A program made the translations under genes and the position numbers. From assembly GCA_043822705.1 (NCBI GenBank), contig JBDRBK010000136.1:1-50067 (forward strand): a stretch of DNA of 50,067 bases, given 5' to 3'. Shown here in pieces: positions 1 through 9,481 of this stretch. Position 1 is the stretch's first letter. Every line of letters starts with the position of its first letter. This DNA comes from Fidelibacterota bacterium (lineage in GTDB: Bacteria; Fidelibacterota; Marinisomatia; Marinisomatales; TCS56). The notes under the pieces are model-generated. The model did not search any database and was not told the DNA's origin. It saw only the letters and a list, made by a program, of their open reading frames with translations.

Positions 1-4
1 TCAT
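1..4 (-). CDS. Probable start codon of a minus-strand gene running off the left edge of the window
   Basis: The minus strand reads GAGGAACC-ATG-A at the window edge (SD-like GAGG 4 nt before the ATG at 4..2). Product not visible. Confidence 0.35.
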
Positions 5-316
5 GGTTCCTCTATTGCTTGAGGAAATGGTTCAGGCCATGATTGTAATGCTCCGTCAGCTACGCTCACGCCATATTACAATCTTATTGCTATAGCTTAT
101 TAAATCCTACAAAACACGACAAGAATTAAAAATCGCGCGGAAGTCCATAAGTGCTAAGTGCTACTTTAATTTATAATCTCAATTTTCATATTGAATTTTA
201 GAAGCAATACATGTTTTACTCATGAATTTGAGTTATCAATCCTGTAATCAATCTCCCCGGCAACAATCCCTCATAAAAACCAGCGTGGGTCTTCCCATAT
301 CCGGTTGCGGCACAGG

Positions 317-346
317 AGTTTAATGCGCCGGTTGGGGAGGAGGCAA
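317..346 (-). promoter_or_regulatory. Candidate sigma70 promoter (minus strand)
   Basis: TTGCCT (346-341), 18-nt spacer, TAAACT (322-317), directly upstream of a hairpin plus U-run at 306-275. Confidence 0.35.
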
Positions 347-441
347 GAGAATTATTGTGGAGTAATGGAGTGTTGGAGTCCGTCTGCGGCAGGTGAGAGC
401 CGTGAGATTAGCTTCGCTGAGTGAGAAACATGGGATCTGGT

Positions 442-489
442 GTCATGCTGCCTGTGCGCCGTAGCGTCAGCGCAGACGTATCGAAGCAT
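442..489. repeat. REP-like element (GTCATGCTG...TCGAAGCA) with an internal insertion
   Basis: Its ends resemble the GTCAxxCTG...TCGAAG ends of the 511-564 element, with a GC-rich imperfect palindrome inside. Confidence 0.4.
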
Positions 490-510
490 AGATACAGCCA
501 ATGTATTAAT

Positions 511-564
511 CACCCTTCGACCATTCTACATTTCGTTACGACAGGCAGGCAAGCTCAGGGTGAC
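511..564 (-). repeat. 54-bp dispersed REP-like element, copy 1
   Basis: Its reverse complement matches 40369-40422 at 49/54 positions. Confidence 0.9.
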
Positions 565-674
565 TGATTATTCCATGACCCGGCCCTTTCCCGCAGGGAC
601 TCCTATGGAGCAGGGCTGGGCTCTTCGATCATAACACCAGCGCGCACCGTTTCAGCGGCTTGTGCAAATATATT

Positions 675-702
675 GTAAGGGCACGGCGCGCCGTGCCCCT
701 AC
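675..702. repeat. GTAG...CTAC-type REP palindrome
   Basis: GTAAGGGCACGGCGCGCCGTGCCCCTAC is a near-perfect palindrome with the same layout as 40222-40249. Confidence 0.75.
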
Positions 703-720
703 CACACGGTACTACCTGGA

Positions 721-1182
721 AGGGTGGGAAAATACGTGCATTGGACCACCCATCGACGGCAATGGCACCTCCCATGCACGGGGATTGGCCAGGCAAAACA
801 CGTGTAAGGGACCACTAAAATGCGTGCACAGGCCAGGTAAAGCACGCATATGGGTAGGGTAAAGTGCGCGTATGGGCGTGGTAAAACGCGTGCACGGGCC
901 AGGTAAAACCCGCATATGGAACTGGTAAAGTGCGCGTATGATCACACTAAAACGCGCAGTCAGACCAATCGGAATGCACGGTCAGACCTCCCGGAACATG
1001 CGTTCATACCCATCGGAATGCACGGTCAGACCTCCCGGAACATGCGTTCATACCCATCGGAATGCACGGTCAGACCCCCCGGAACGTGCGTTCATACCCA
1101 TCGAAATGCACGGTCAGACCCCCCGGAACGTGCGGTCAGACCCATCGGAACGGTCGGTCAGACCCATTGGAATACGTGGTTG
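721..1182. repeat. 22-bp in-register tandem repeat array (two subfamilies)
   Basis: 18 clear units at 787-1182 (e.g. GGCCAGGTAAAGCACGCATATG, then alternating TACCCATCGGAATGCACGGTCA / GACCTCCCGGAACATGCGTTCA). One recognisable unit at 721-742 and two degenerate units are in the same register. Confidence 0.9.
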
Positions 1183-1210
1183 GGGACAGGTGTTAGCCGT
1201 GGTGATGGAT

Positions 1211-2296
1211 TTATTTTATGAGCACCAGCTTATTGGTCCGGTCGAAGCCGCTGCCGGTGCGCAGGCGGCAGAAGTAGGTCCCGGCGGCGAACTGGTCGGC
1301 CTGCCAGATCAACCGGTGGAGACCGGGTTGCTGATCGGCTGACAATAGATTGACCACCAATTGTCCCCGTAGATCATAAACGGTCAGATCAACCCGGGTC
1401 GGCTCGGCCAGGGTGTAGGATATTACCGTCTGCGGATTGAACGGATTGGGATAATTAGGTAACAATTGGCATTCCCGGGGCAGCTGTGCCGCGGGATCGC
1501 CGGTGGATATTACGATCAGGTTGATCAGATCAACGCTGTTGCCGTTAAAATTGGGGACCGCCAGAACATCTTCGGCGGAAATGTAGATATCGGCGGGACC
1601 GGCATGGCCGCTGGACACTGCGTCGGCCATGGTAAACAGGTTATTGTAGCGGTAAACGACGCCACTGCCCCAGGAAGAGACATAGATGCTGCCCTGGCTG
1701 TCAAAGGCCAGACCGTCCAGGTCGGAGTAGGGCGTGCTCACCACCCAGGAAACGCTGCCGTTGCTCAGATCGACGGCGCTGATTTTCGCGTTCGCGCCCC
1801 AGTGACAGACCAGCAGGCGGTTATTGGCCGCATCGAAAAGCAACCCGTTGGGGCTGGCAAGACCGGAAACGAAGGTGCTCCAGGATTGGTCGGCCGAATT
1901 AACCCTGAAAATCTTGCCGGAACTGGAATCGGAAATATAGAGGTAACCGTCCCCATCGGCGGTGATATCGTTGAGAAATACCCGCTCGCTGATGGCGACC
2001 GTCATAACTTTGGCGGCGGTGGCCAGATTGAACGCAACGACACCGGCGTCGCAGGCCGCGTAAAGCCTATCGGACAGAATCTGCAGGCCGCGCACCGACG
2101 ACTGGCTGCTGCTGAAGATCGCCTGGTTGCCGTTAAGATCGAGACTGATTATTTTACCATCGCCCTTGTTGGAAACCAGGTAACGGGAACGTTCGGCATC
2201 AAAGGTGACGCTTTCGGGATTGACGAAATAGTTCTGGGCCGGCAACGGTATGGCGGTCAGCAGTGGAACAAACATTATAATTGTCTTGAAACGCAT
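1211..2296 (-). CDS. Secreted SMP-30/gluconolactonase-like beta-propeller protein with a C-terminal T9SS-A/FlgD-like sorting domain
   Basis: Signal peptide; blade motifs NPES, FLNDI, PNGL, DLDGL, GPAD; tail LLPNYPNPFNPQT...GTYFCRL...KLVLIK. Confidence 0.8.
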   Translation of the reverse strand: MRFKTIIMFVPLLTAIPLPAQNYFVNPESVTFDAERSRYLVSNKGDGKIISLDLNGNQAIFSSSQSSVRGLQILSDRLYAACDAGVVAFNLATAAKVMTVAISERVFLNDITADGDGYLYISDSSSGKIFRVNSADQSWSTFVSGLASPNGLLFDAANNRLLVCHWGANAKISAVDLSNGSVSWVVSTPYSDLDGLAFDSQGSIYVSSWGSGVVYRYNNLFTMADAVSSGHAGPADIYISAEDVLAVPNFNGNSVDLINLIVISTGDPAAQLPRECQLLPNYPNPFNPQTVISYTLAEPTRVDLTVYDLRGQLVVNLLSADQQPGLHRLIWQADQFAAGTYFCRLRTGSGFDRTNKLVLIK

Positions 2297-2353
2297 TGTA
2301 AAATCCTCCCGGTGTATTTTACGCCTGAATATAATCCCCGCCGGATAAACTAG

Positions 2354-2860
2354 TTACTGATTTTGTCCGGCAGCCCGCTGGCGCACGATCAGTCCCAGCG
2401 CTACCAGACCGATCCCGCCGACCATGATGAAGACATCGGCCAGGTTGAAGATGCCCGTGCGCAGGGGACCGATGCCGAGGTTGAGGAAGTCCACCACCCG
2501 GCCGTCGCGGAAGATACGGTCGATCAGGTTGCCGATACCGCCGCCGGCCACCAGCGCCAGCAGCAGCACCTCCAGACCGGTCAGACGCTGCGACAGAGCA
2601 GTGAAAATAACGATTCCGCTCAGTCCGATGACCGGTAATACCTGCATCAGCCAGAACCGGATGCCGGCCGGCAGCCGGGCGCCCAGACTCAAAAAGCCGC
2701 CGGTATTCTCGATATAGTGCAGACGGAAAGTATCAGCGGCGAACGACTCCGGCGGGTAACCGCGCAAGGTCTGGCGGGCCACTTCCTTGGCGGCCTGGTC
2801 GCAGCCGATGCAAAGCGCCAGCACCGTAACCAGCAACAGAATTTTTTTGCGGCGGAGCAT
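2354..2860 (-). CDS. lspA: Lipoprotein signal peptidase II
   Basis: Motifs DQxxK, NTGGFLS, GGIGNLIDR, VVDF and FNLAD; four TM segments. Confidence 0.95.
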   Translation of the reverse strand: MLRRKKILLLVTVLALCIGCDQAAKEVARQTLRGYPPESFAADTFRLHYIENTGGFLSLGARLPAGIRFWLMQVLPVIGLSGIVIFTALSQRLTGLEVLLLALVAGGGIGNLIDRIFRDGRVVDFLNLGIGPLRTGIFNLADVFIMVGGIGLVALGLIVRQRAAGQNQ

Positions 2861-3051
2861 GGCGGCAGTTTAGCCAGAAATTCCCGCGCCGGGCAATGCT
2901 AAAAGCCGGCCCCGATTTGGCCGCTACCGGTGACCGGAAAACCGTTGCAGCCGCAGTGGTTTAATCACAAATCCGCTGATCGTTTTTTGCGGACGCTTAG
3001 TTAAATTAATTCTACCTTTTAAGTTCAAACTGTCATCGTTCGAGGGAGAAA

Positions 3052-6012
3052 ATGATCTCAGTAAAAAGACTGCCGCTGCTAATTACCATCCTGGTGTTGC
3101 TAATCAAAATTTGCCCGGCGCAGATCGCGCCGGTGGAGGGCATCCGATCCAATCCGCCGCGGGTCTGGGCGCTGACCGGCGCCACGGTGCACAGCGAACC
3201 GGGACAGGTGCTGGCGGCGGCGACGATAATCGTCAGGGACGGGCTGATCGCGGCGGTCGGCAAGGATCTGACCATTCCCGCCGATGCGACTGTCGTCGAC
3301 TGCGCCGGCCTGACGATCTATGCCGGTTTCATCGACAGCTGGTTGCCGCTGGCGGTCCCCGCCGATCCGGTATCGCCGGTGGACCACTGGCATGGAAAAG
3401 TCCGCGCCGACCGGCTGGCGGTCGCTCTGCAACCACCCGAGGGCAAGCGACTGCAGGAATTGCGTTCCCTGGGGTTCACGGCCGCCCAGGCAGTGGCCGG
3501 TAAAGGCATTTTCCGGGGGTCTGCCGGCCTGATCCAACTGCAGGACAAACCGGCGGTTTTTGGTGCCGAAACGGCCCAGGTAGTAGCCTTCGAAACCGCC
3601 GGTTACGAAGCCAAGGAATATCCCAATTCGCTGATGGGCGCGATCGCCCTGGTGCGCCAGACCCTGCTGGATGCGGAATGGTACCGCAGCGCCAACGAGA
3701 TATACCGGCGCTTCCCGGACCAGAACGAGGCCGTGCCCCAGGACCAGAGCCTGGCCGCGCTGGACCGTGCCCGCCAGGCCGGAACGCCGTTCCTGTTCCC
3801 GGCCGGCGATGAGCAGGAGGTCCTGCGGGCGGCCAAGGTGGCGGCCGAATTCAAGCTGTCGCTGCTGTTGCGCGGCAGCGGTTACGAGTACCGCCGGGCC
3901 GCCGAGATCGCTGCCCTGAAAACATTTTTAATCCTGGATATGAATTATCCCGCTGCGCCGGCGGTGGAGCAGCCCTGGCTGGCCCGCCTGGTAACGACGG
4001 AAGAATTGAAACACTGGGACCTGGCTCCCGATAATGCCCGGATCATGGTCGCCGCCGGCATGCCGCTGGGATTAACTCCGGCGGGACTGAAAAAGTGCGG
4101 CGATTTCCGCAAAAACCTAATCCGGTCGATCGAACGCGGCCTGCCGCCGGTCAACGCCCTGGCCGCCCTGACAACCACGCCGGCCCGCTACCTGGGGCAG
4201 GCCGACCGGATGGGCAAGATAGCTCCCGGATTTATCGCCAACCTGACGGTGGTAGAAGGTGATTATTTTGACAGCCAGGCGCCGTTGCGGGCGGTCTGGA
4301 TCGCCGGTGAACAATTTAAGATCGAACGCGACTCGCGGACGGAAATCGCCGGCGACTGGGATTTGCGCTGGCTGGAGCGGGATCTGCGCCTGACCGTCCG
4401 GGAAAAGCAGGGTCGCCTGACCGCCGCTATTGAACTGGATTCGCTGAAACTGGAATGTAAGCAGTTTGTCTTCAGCGCCGGCCGTCTGAGCTGGCTGACG
4501 GCCACCGACAGTCTCGGTTTGGCCGGCTGGACCCGCTTCAGCGGTGCCCTGAATGGCGGCCGGTTGAACGGCAGCGCCGTGCTGCCGACCGGTCAAGCCG
4601 TCGCTTGGGAAGCCCGGCGCCGGGATGACCAGCCAGAAGATAATGCCACCGCGCCACCGGAGGCCGCCAGCGATTTGGCGGTGTTTTATCCCGAAGGCGC
4701 CTGCGGATTTGAGCAGACGCCGCAAACCGTGCCGGTGATTCTGGTCAACGACGCCACGATCTGGACCTGCGGTCCCCAGGGCATCCGGGAGGGCTGGGAC
4801 GCTTTGTTCATCAATGGTAAAATCGAACAGGTCGCCCCGGCCATTGCCTATCCCCAGGGCGGGGCGCTGATCATCGACGGCACCGGCAAACACCTGACAC
4901 CGGGGATCATCGATTGCCACAGCCATACCGCTGGACTGGGTGTCAACGAAGGCACCCACAGTAACGCCGCCGAGGTGCGGATCGAGGATGTGCTCGATGC
5001 CGACGATATTTCAATCTACCGCCAACTGGCGGGGGGCGTGACCACGATCCATGTGCTGCATGGTTCGGCCAACACGATCGGCGGCCAGAATGCCGTGATT
5101 AAACTGCGCTGGGGCAACCGTGACCGCGACCTGGTCCTGAAAAACGCGCCCCCTGGAATCAAATTCGCCCTGGGCGAAAACGTCAAGCAATCCAATTGGG
5201 GCGATGACTATAAGACCCGTTATCCCCAGACCCGCCTCGGTACGGAGCAGTTCCTGCGCGATTCCTTCACTGCCGCCCGCGACTACCGGGCCGAGCTGCG
5301 CCGCTTCGAGCGCGACGGCCGCCTGCGCAAGACCAGGATACCGCCGCGCCGCGACCTGGGGTTGGAGGCACTGGCGGAAGTCATTGACGGCAAACGCCTG
5401 TTGCATTGCCACGCCTACCGCCAGGATGAGATGCTGGCCCTGATCCGGCTGGCCGAAGAGTTCGGTTTCCGGCTGGCTACCTTCCAGCACACCCTGGAGG
5501 GTTATAAAATCGCCGACGAACTCAAGGCCCACGGGGTGGCGGCTTCGTCGTTTTCCGACTGGTGGGCTTATAAATTCGAGGTCTATGATGCCATTCCCCA
5601 CAACGGCAGCCTGATGCACGCGGTTGGTGTCAGCGTTTCGTTCAATTCCGACGACGACGAATTGGCCCGGCGGCTGAATACCGAGGCTGCCAAGGCGATC
5701 AAATACGGCGGCATGAGCGAGGAGGATGCCCTGAAGCTGGTGACGATCAATTCCGCCCGGCAACTGGGGATCGACCGCTGGGTGGGATCGCTGGAACCGG
5801 GCAAGGATGCCGATTTCGTGCTGTGGAACGCCAATCCGCTGTCAACCCTGGCCGTGCCCGAGCAGACCTGGATCGACGGCAAGTTGTATTTTTCGCTGGA
5901 ACAGGATCAAGAACTGCGCCGACGCGACGAGCAACTGCGCAACCGGCTGATTCAGAAGGTACTGGACAGCAAATTGGGCAAACAAACCGAACAGCCGGGA
6001 GGTGTGCAATGA
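3052..6012 (+). CDS. Secreted two-domain amidohydrolase family protein
   Basis: Signal peptide; two amidohydrolase repeats (GKIAPGFIAN, GSLEPGKDAD). The C-terminal repeat has PGIIDCHSH, HCH, FQH and NSD metal motifs. Confidence 0.85.
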   Translation: MISVKRLPLLITILVLLIKICPAQIAPVEGIRSNPPRVWALTGATVHSEPGQVLAAATIIVRDGLIAAVGKDLTIPADATVVDCAGLTIYAGFIDSWLPLAVPADPVSPVDHWHGKVRADRLAVALQPPEGKRLQELRSLGFTAAQAVAGKGIFRGSAGLIQLQDKPAVFGAETAQVVAFETAGYEAKEYPNSLMGAIALVRQTLLDAEWYRSANEIYRRFPDQNEAVPQDQSLAALDRARQAGTPFLFPAGDEQEVLRAAKVAAEFKLSLLLRGSGYEYRRAAEIAALKTFLILDMNYPAAPAVEQPWLARLVTTEELKHWDLAPDNARIMVAAGMPLGLTPAGLKKCGDFRKNLIRSIERGLPPVNALAALTTTPARYLGQADRMGKIAPGFIANLTVVEGDYFDSQAPLRAVWIAGEQFKIERDSRTEIAGDWDLRWLERDLRLTVREKQGRLTAAIELDSLKLECKQFVFSAGRLSWLTATDSLGLAGWTRFSGALNGGRLNGSAVLPTGQAVAWEARRRDDQPEDNATAPPEAASDLAVFYPEGACGFEQTPQTVPVILVNDATIWTCGPQGIREGWDALFINGKIEQVAPAIAYPQGGALIIDGTGKHLTPGIIDCHSHTAGLGVNEGTHSNAAEVRIEDVLDADDISIYRQLAGGVTTIHVLHGSANTIGGQNAVIKLRWGNRDRDLVLKNAPPGIKFALGENVKQSNWGDDYKTRYPQTRLGTEQFLRDSFTAARDYRAELRRFERDGRLRKTRIPPRRDLGLEALAEVIDGKRLLHCHAYRQDEMLALIRLAEEFGFRLATFQHTLEGYKIADELKAHGVAASSFSDWWAYKFEVYDAIPHNGSLMHAVGVSVSFNSDDDELARRLNTEAAKAIKYGGMSEEDALKLVTINSARQLGIDRWVGSLEPGKDADFVLWNANPLSTLAVPEQTWIDGKLYFSLEQDQELRRRDEQLRNRLIQKVLDSKLGKQTEQPGGVQ

Positions 6013-7334
6013 TCCGCCGGATTTTATTCACGATTTTCCTGACCGGCCTGGTGGCTGCATCAGACCAGATACCGGGGGCGGTCCAGCAGCGGCCGGTGCT
6101 GCTGCGCAACGGCACGATCCATACCGTGGTGGGAGCGGTCCTGCCGCGGACCGACATCCTGTTCCGCGACGGTAAAATCAGCGCCATCGGCAAGAACCTG
6201 AAAGCATTCCCCGAATTCGAGGTGATCGATATTAGCGGTAAACAGGTTTATCCCGGGCTGATCGCCGCCAGCACGCCGCTGGGGCTGGTGGAAATTGATG
6301 AGGTGCGCGCTACCGTCGATATTACCGAGGTCGGCGATCTGAACCCCAATATCATCGCCAACCGGGCTTACAACCCAGATTCGGAGGCGATCCCGGTTAC
6401 CCGTTCCAACGGCGTGCTGCTGGCCAATGTTACGCCACAGGGCACGCTGCTGGCAGGGCAGTCATCGCTGATGCAATTGGACGGCTGGACCTGGGAGGAC
6501 GCCACCCTGTCGGAGTCGTCGGGGATGCACCTTACCTGGCCGGCCGTGAGCGCCAAGCCCTGGGTGCCTGACGGTAAAACGGTAAGCGAACGGCTGCAGG
6601 CGGGGGTGGAGAAAATCCGGCTGGTCGACGACCTGCTGGCTGACGCCCGGGCTTATGAGCGCATCCGCACCGCCGAAACCGCCGGTCAGCGCACCGCCAG
6701 CCAGAAACGCGACCTGCGTCTGGAGAGTCTGCTCCCGGTGATCCAGAGCCGGATGCCGGTCTTCATCCATGCCCATGAGGCCGCCCAGATCGAGCAGGCC
6801 GTGAACTGGTCCCGGCGTCAGGGGCTGAAAATGATCCTGGTCGGCGGACACGACGCCGCACTGTTGACCGGGCTGCTGAAGAGCAATAATATTCCGGTGA
6901 TCCTGGAAAGCGTACTGGTCCTGCCCTTAAAGCGCCAGGATGGCTATGACCAGTTGTATCGCACGCCGCTGGCGTTGCACCAGGCCGGAATCAGGTTCGC
7001 CCTGGCAGCCAGCCCGAATGGTTTTGATGCGCCGCACCAGCGCAATCTGCCCTATGAGGCGGGGATGGCGGCGGCTTTCGGTCTGCCGGCTACGGCGGCC
7101 CTGCGGGCAATCACTCTCGGTCCGGCGGAAATTTTAGGCGTGGCCGACCGTGTAGGCTCGCTGGCGGTGGGGAAGGACGCCACCCTGTTCATCGCCGACG
7201 GTGATATACTGGACATCCGGACCCAGGTGGAGCAGGCCTGGATTCAGGGCCGCCGGGTCGATCTGGATGACCGCCATAAGCAGCTCTATCGCAAATACCG
7301 GGAAAAATACCGCCAGATGGGGATTTTGGAATAA
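6009..7334 (+). CDS. Secreted amidohydrolase family protein (HxH motif degenerate)
   Basis: ATG at 6009 overlaps the upstream stop (ATGA) after GGAGG; signal peptide; YPGLIAAST, FIHAH and GSLAVGKDA motifs. Confidence 0.85.
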   Translation: MIRRILFTIFLTGLVAASDQIPGAVQQRPVLLRNGTIHTVVGAVLPRTDILFRDGKISAIGKNLKAFPEFEVIDISGKQVYPGLIAASTPLGLVEIDEVRATVDITEVGDLNPNIIANRAYNPDSEAIPVTRSNGVLLANVTPQGTLLAGQSSLMQLDGWTWEDATLSESSGMHLTWPAVSAKPWVPDGKTVSERLQAGVEKIRLVDDLLADARAYERIRTAETAGQRTASQKRDLRLESLLPVIQSRMPVFIHAHEAAQIEQAVNWSRRQGLKMILVGGHDAALLTGLLKSNNIPVILESVLVLPLKRQDGYDQLYRTPLALHQAGIRFALAASPNGFDAPHQRNLPYEAGMAAAFGLPATAALRAITLGPAEILGVADRVGSLAVGKDATLFIADGDILDIRTQVEQAWIQGRRVDLDDRHKQLYRKYREKYRQMGILE

Positions 7335-7342
7335 TTTAAGAA

Positions 7343-7372
7343 CAGAGAGCGGCGCTAACCAGCCGCTCTCTG
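7343..7372. terminator. Hairpin between convergent genes, probable bidirectional terminator
   Basis: Perfect 11-bp stem CAGAGAGCGGC / GCCGCTCTCTG with an 8-nt loop. Confidence 0.75.
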
Positions 7373-7391
7373 GTTAATATATAATTCTTTA

Positions 7392-8183
7392 TCAGGTGAC
7401 TTTAATTTTGCGGATCACCTTGCTGAACAAGGCTGGGGACAGGCGCTTGAGGTAGACCATCACCTTCTCCTTGCCGGAAATCAGCACTTCTTCCTTGCCG
7501 GCCTGCACCGCTTTCAGAATCGCCGCGGCGCATTCCGCCGGCGACATGCCCTTGTCGGTGGTCTTGTCCATCGTGGCATGTTTCGAGCCGTCGCCGGTCA
7601 ATGCGTTGAGCGACGCGTTGGTGCGCACAAAACCGGGCATGATGGCATGGACGCGGATACCGTCGTCCCAGACCTCGGCCCGCAGGGCGTCGGCGAAACC
7701 AAGCAGAGCGTGCTTCGATGAGGCATAGATCGAGCGCAGGGCGGTGCCGAATTTGCCGGTCAGGCTGGAAATGAAAATGATATTGCCGGACCGCCGCTCG
7801 ATCATCCCCGGCAGCACGGCCTTGGACAGGGCCACGGCGCTGAAATAATTGGTCTCCATGATTTTCCGCACCACCGTCATGCTGGTATCCTTGATCAGCG
7901 AGCGCTGGGTGATGCCGCCGTTATTGACCAGGATGTCGATCCGGCCGAATTTCTCTTCCATCAGCCGCACCTTGTCCACCAGCACGTCGGGAATCGTCAG
8001 ATCCAGTTGCAGGACGTAGTGGCGCTTCGGGCTGGTGCATTCCTGGCGCACTTTTTCCAGTTCCTCGGGCCGCCGCGATGCCAGTATCACCTGCGCGCCC
8101 TCCCGGCTGAACGCCAGGGCCAGTGCTTTGCCGATACCCGACGAGGCGCCGGTAATCATGATGACTTTATCTTTGAATTCCAT
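7392..8183 (-). CDS. Short-chain dehydrogenase/reductase (DHRS7-like)
   Basis: TGASSGIG, NNGG and YASSK motifs. Start placed at 8183, after GAGGG. Confidence 0.9.
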   Translation of the reverse strand: MEFKDKVIMITGASSGIGKALALAFSREGAQVILASRRPEELEKVRQECTSPKRHYVLQLDLTIPDVLVDKVRLMEEKFGRIDILVNNGGITQRSLIKDTSMTVVRKIMETNYFSAVALSKAVLPGMIERRSGNIIFISSLTGKFGTALRSIYASSKHALLGFADALRAEVWDDGIRVHAIMPGFVRTNASLNALTGDGSKHATMDKTTDKGMSPAECAAAILKAVQAGKEEVLISGKEKVMVYLKRLSPALFSKVIRKIKVT

Positions 8184-8247
8184 AGCTGTTTCCCTCATAT
8201 AATCTTGGCATTATTTTGGCGGAAGTTAAGAGTTAATAGGTCTTACA

Positions 8248-8262
8248 ACCAATCAGTGATTC
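8248..8262 (+). repeat. 15-bp direct repeat, left copy
   Basis: ACCAATCAGTGATTC, identical to 9482-9496. Confidence 0.85.
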
Positions 8263-8393
8263 TTATGCCGATCCTGGGGATTTTAAATTCTGCAGTGAAT
8301 GACCAGGCTACTACTTCATTACCGCAAAAGAACAATTTCCGGTTGTACTGACCCGAATTGACCCTCAGAGTACAATTTAGTCCGTGGGATGTT

Positions 8394-9323
8394 TTAATCT
8401 TTTGCCAGACAACGCATTATTATATTTGCCGCTAGTTTTGAGGTTATATCCCCTGAATCGTATTGGGGATTTACCTCTGTTATCTCGATTAGTTTAGTAC
8501 GGTGATCAGCTGCCGCCACGTCGGCTATTGCACAGATTTCACGTGCCGTAAATCCCATGGGACTTGGATCACTAACACCAGGTGCCTCCACCGCCCGGAC
8601 TGCATCAAGATCAAACCCGAAGAAGATCCCGTTTGCCGATGATTTGGTGACGATGCTCTGGATGGCAGTCTTTATTCCTGTTGCTCTTATTACACCGATA
8701 TAATGAATATTTGCTCCAATATCATTGACATAATCAATATAGACCGGTGAATTGGCAAATGAATTGATACCGACTTCATGAAACAATTCGGGACAAATGA
8801 TTCTTTCATCCAGCAGTTGTCGATATGGTGTACCACTGTTAATGCGGTCAGCAACCCGTACATCCAGGTGCCGATCAATATTAAACACCAGCAGTGGGTC
8901 AATCACACCGGCTAAAGCCCTGCAATCAGGATAGGAAATATCATTGCCTCCACCCAGCACGATTACCTTTTTCCCATCCTGAATCAACTGTGTTACCACA
9001 TGAAATTGGAGTTCGTGAATCTGCTCAAGATTTTCAACTGAGGGGAGGTTGCCAATATCAAACAATCGGAGGTATTTATGGGAGTTGCTGATAGGATAAC
9101 GATAAAGTGCTTTCCTGATCTCCTGCGGTGCCATGCGTGCGCCGGTACGACCATTATTTCTTCTAATTCCTTCATCCTGTGGACAACCCAGCATAACTAC
9201 ATTACAGTTGCGATAATCCTTTTCCTCTGACATTGCAATATCGCCAAGGCGAATATCATTCGGGTCATTTCTGGTATAAAATACGCTTTTATCTACCGGA
9301 TTAAGTCTGCTGAATAATTCCAT
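8394..9323 (-). CDS. hutG: Formimidoylglutamase (arginase family)
   Basis: DEGIRRNNGRTGA, LGGGND, NIDRHLDVR, NSGTPY, FDLD and APGVSDP motifs; visibly more AT-rich than its neighbours. Confidence 0.85.
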   Translation of the reverse strand: MELFSRLNPVDKSVFYTRNDPNDIRLGDIAMSEEKDYRNCNVVMLGCPQDEGIRRNNGRTGARMAPQEIRKALYRYPISNSHKYLRLFDIGNLPSVENLEQIHELQFHVVTQLIQDGKKVIVLGGGNDISYPDCRALAGVIDPLLVFNIDRHLDVRVADRINSGTPYRQLLDERIICPELFHEVGINSFANSPVYIDYVNDIGANIHYIGVIRATGIKTAIQSIVTKSSANGIFFGFDLDAVRAVEAPGVSDPSPMGFTAREICAIADVAAADHRTKLIEITEVNPQYDSGDITSKLAANIIMRCLAKD

Positions 9324-9481
9324 CCCGCTTTAGATTTCCATTCAGAGGTATTAAACGTTACCGACCGTCTGAATAATGGTGCCGGTGTGCCTGACTGCTT
9401 TATCTTTGAATTCCATACCGCTCTCCCAGTCTGAAAAACTGAAGTAATTCAGGCCGAAGTTAGTACCGATCGGATTATTTC

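Noticed and set aside
27..83. Integron attC site
   Set aside because: No properly placed RYYYAAC / GTTRRRY ends, and no integrase or cassette array.
148..163. TAAGTGCTAAGTGCTA as a CIRCE site
   Set aside because: Only a partial right arm in a 7-bp tandem duplication; no TTAGCACTC arm.
787..1182. CRISPR array
   Set aside because: The units are contiguous with no unique spacers, and no cas genes are present.
712..1342. ORFs of 77, 101 and 134 aa over the 22-bp array
   Set aside because: The peptides simply cycle through the three frames of a non-triplet repeat; no RBS, and they overlap a real gene.
5823..6008. N-terminal extension of the second amidohydrolase
   Set aside because: It lies within the upstream gene; the RBS, ATGA overlap and signal peptide point to a start at 6009.
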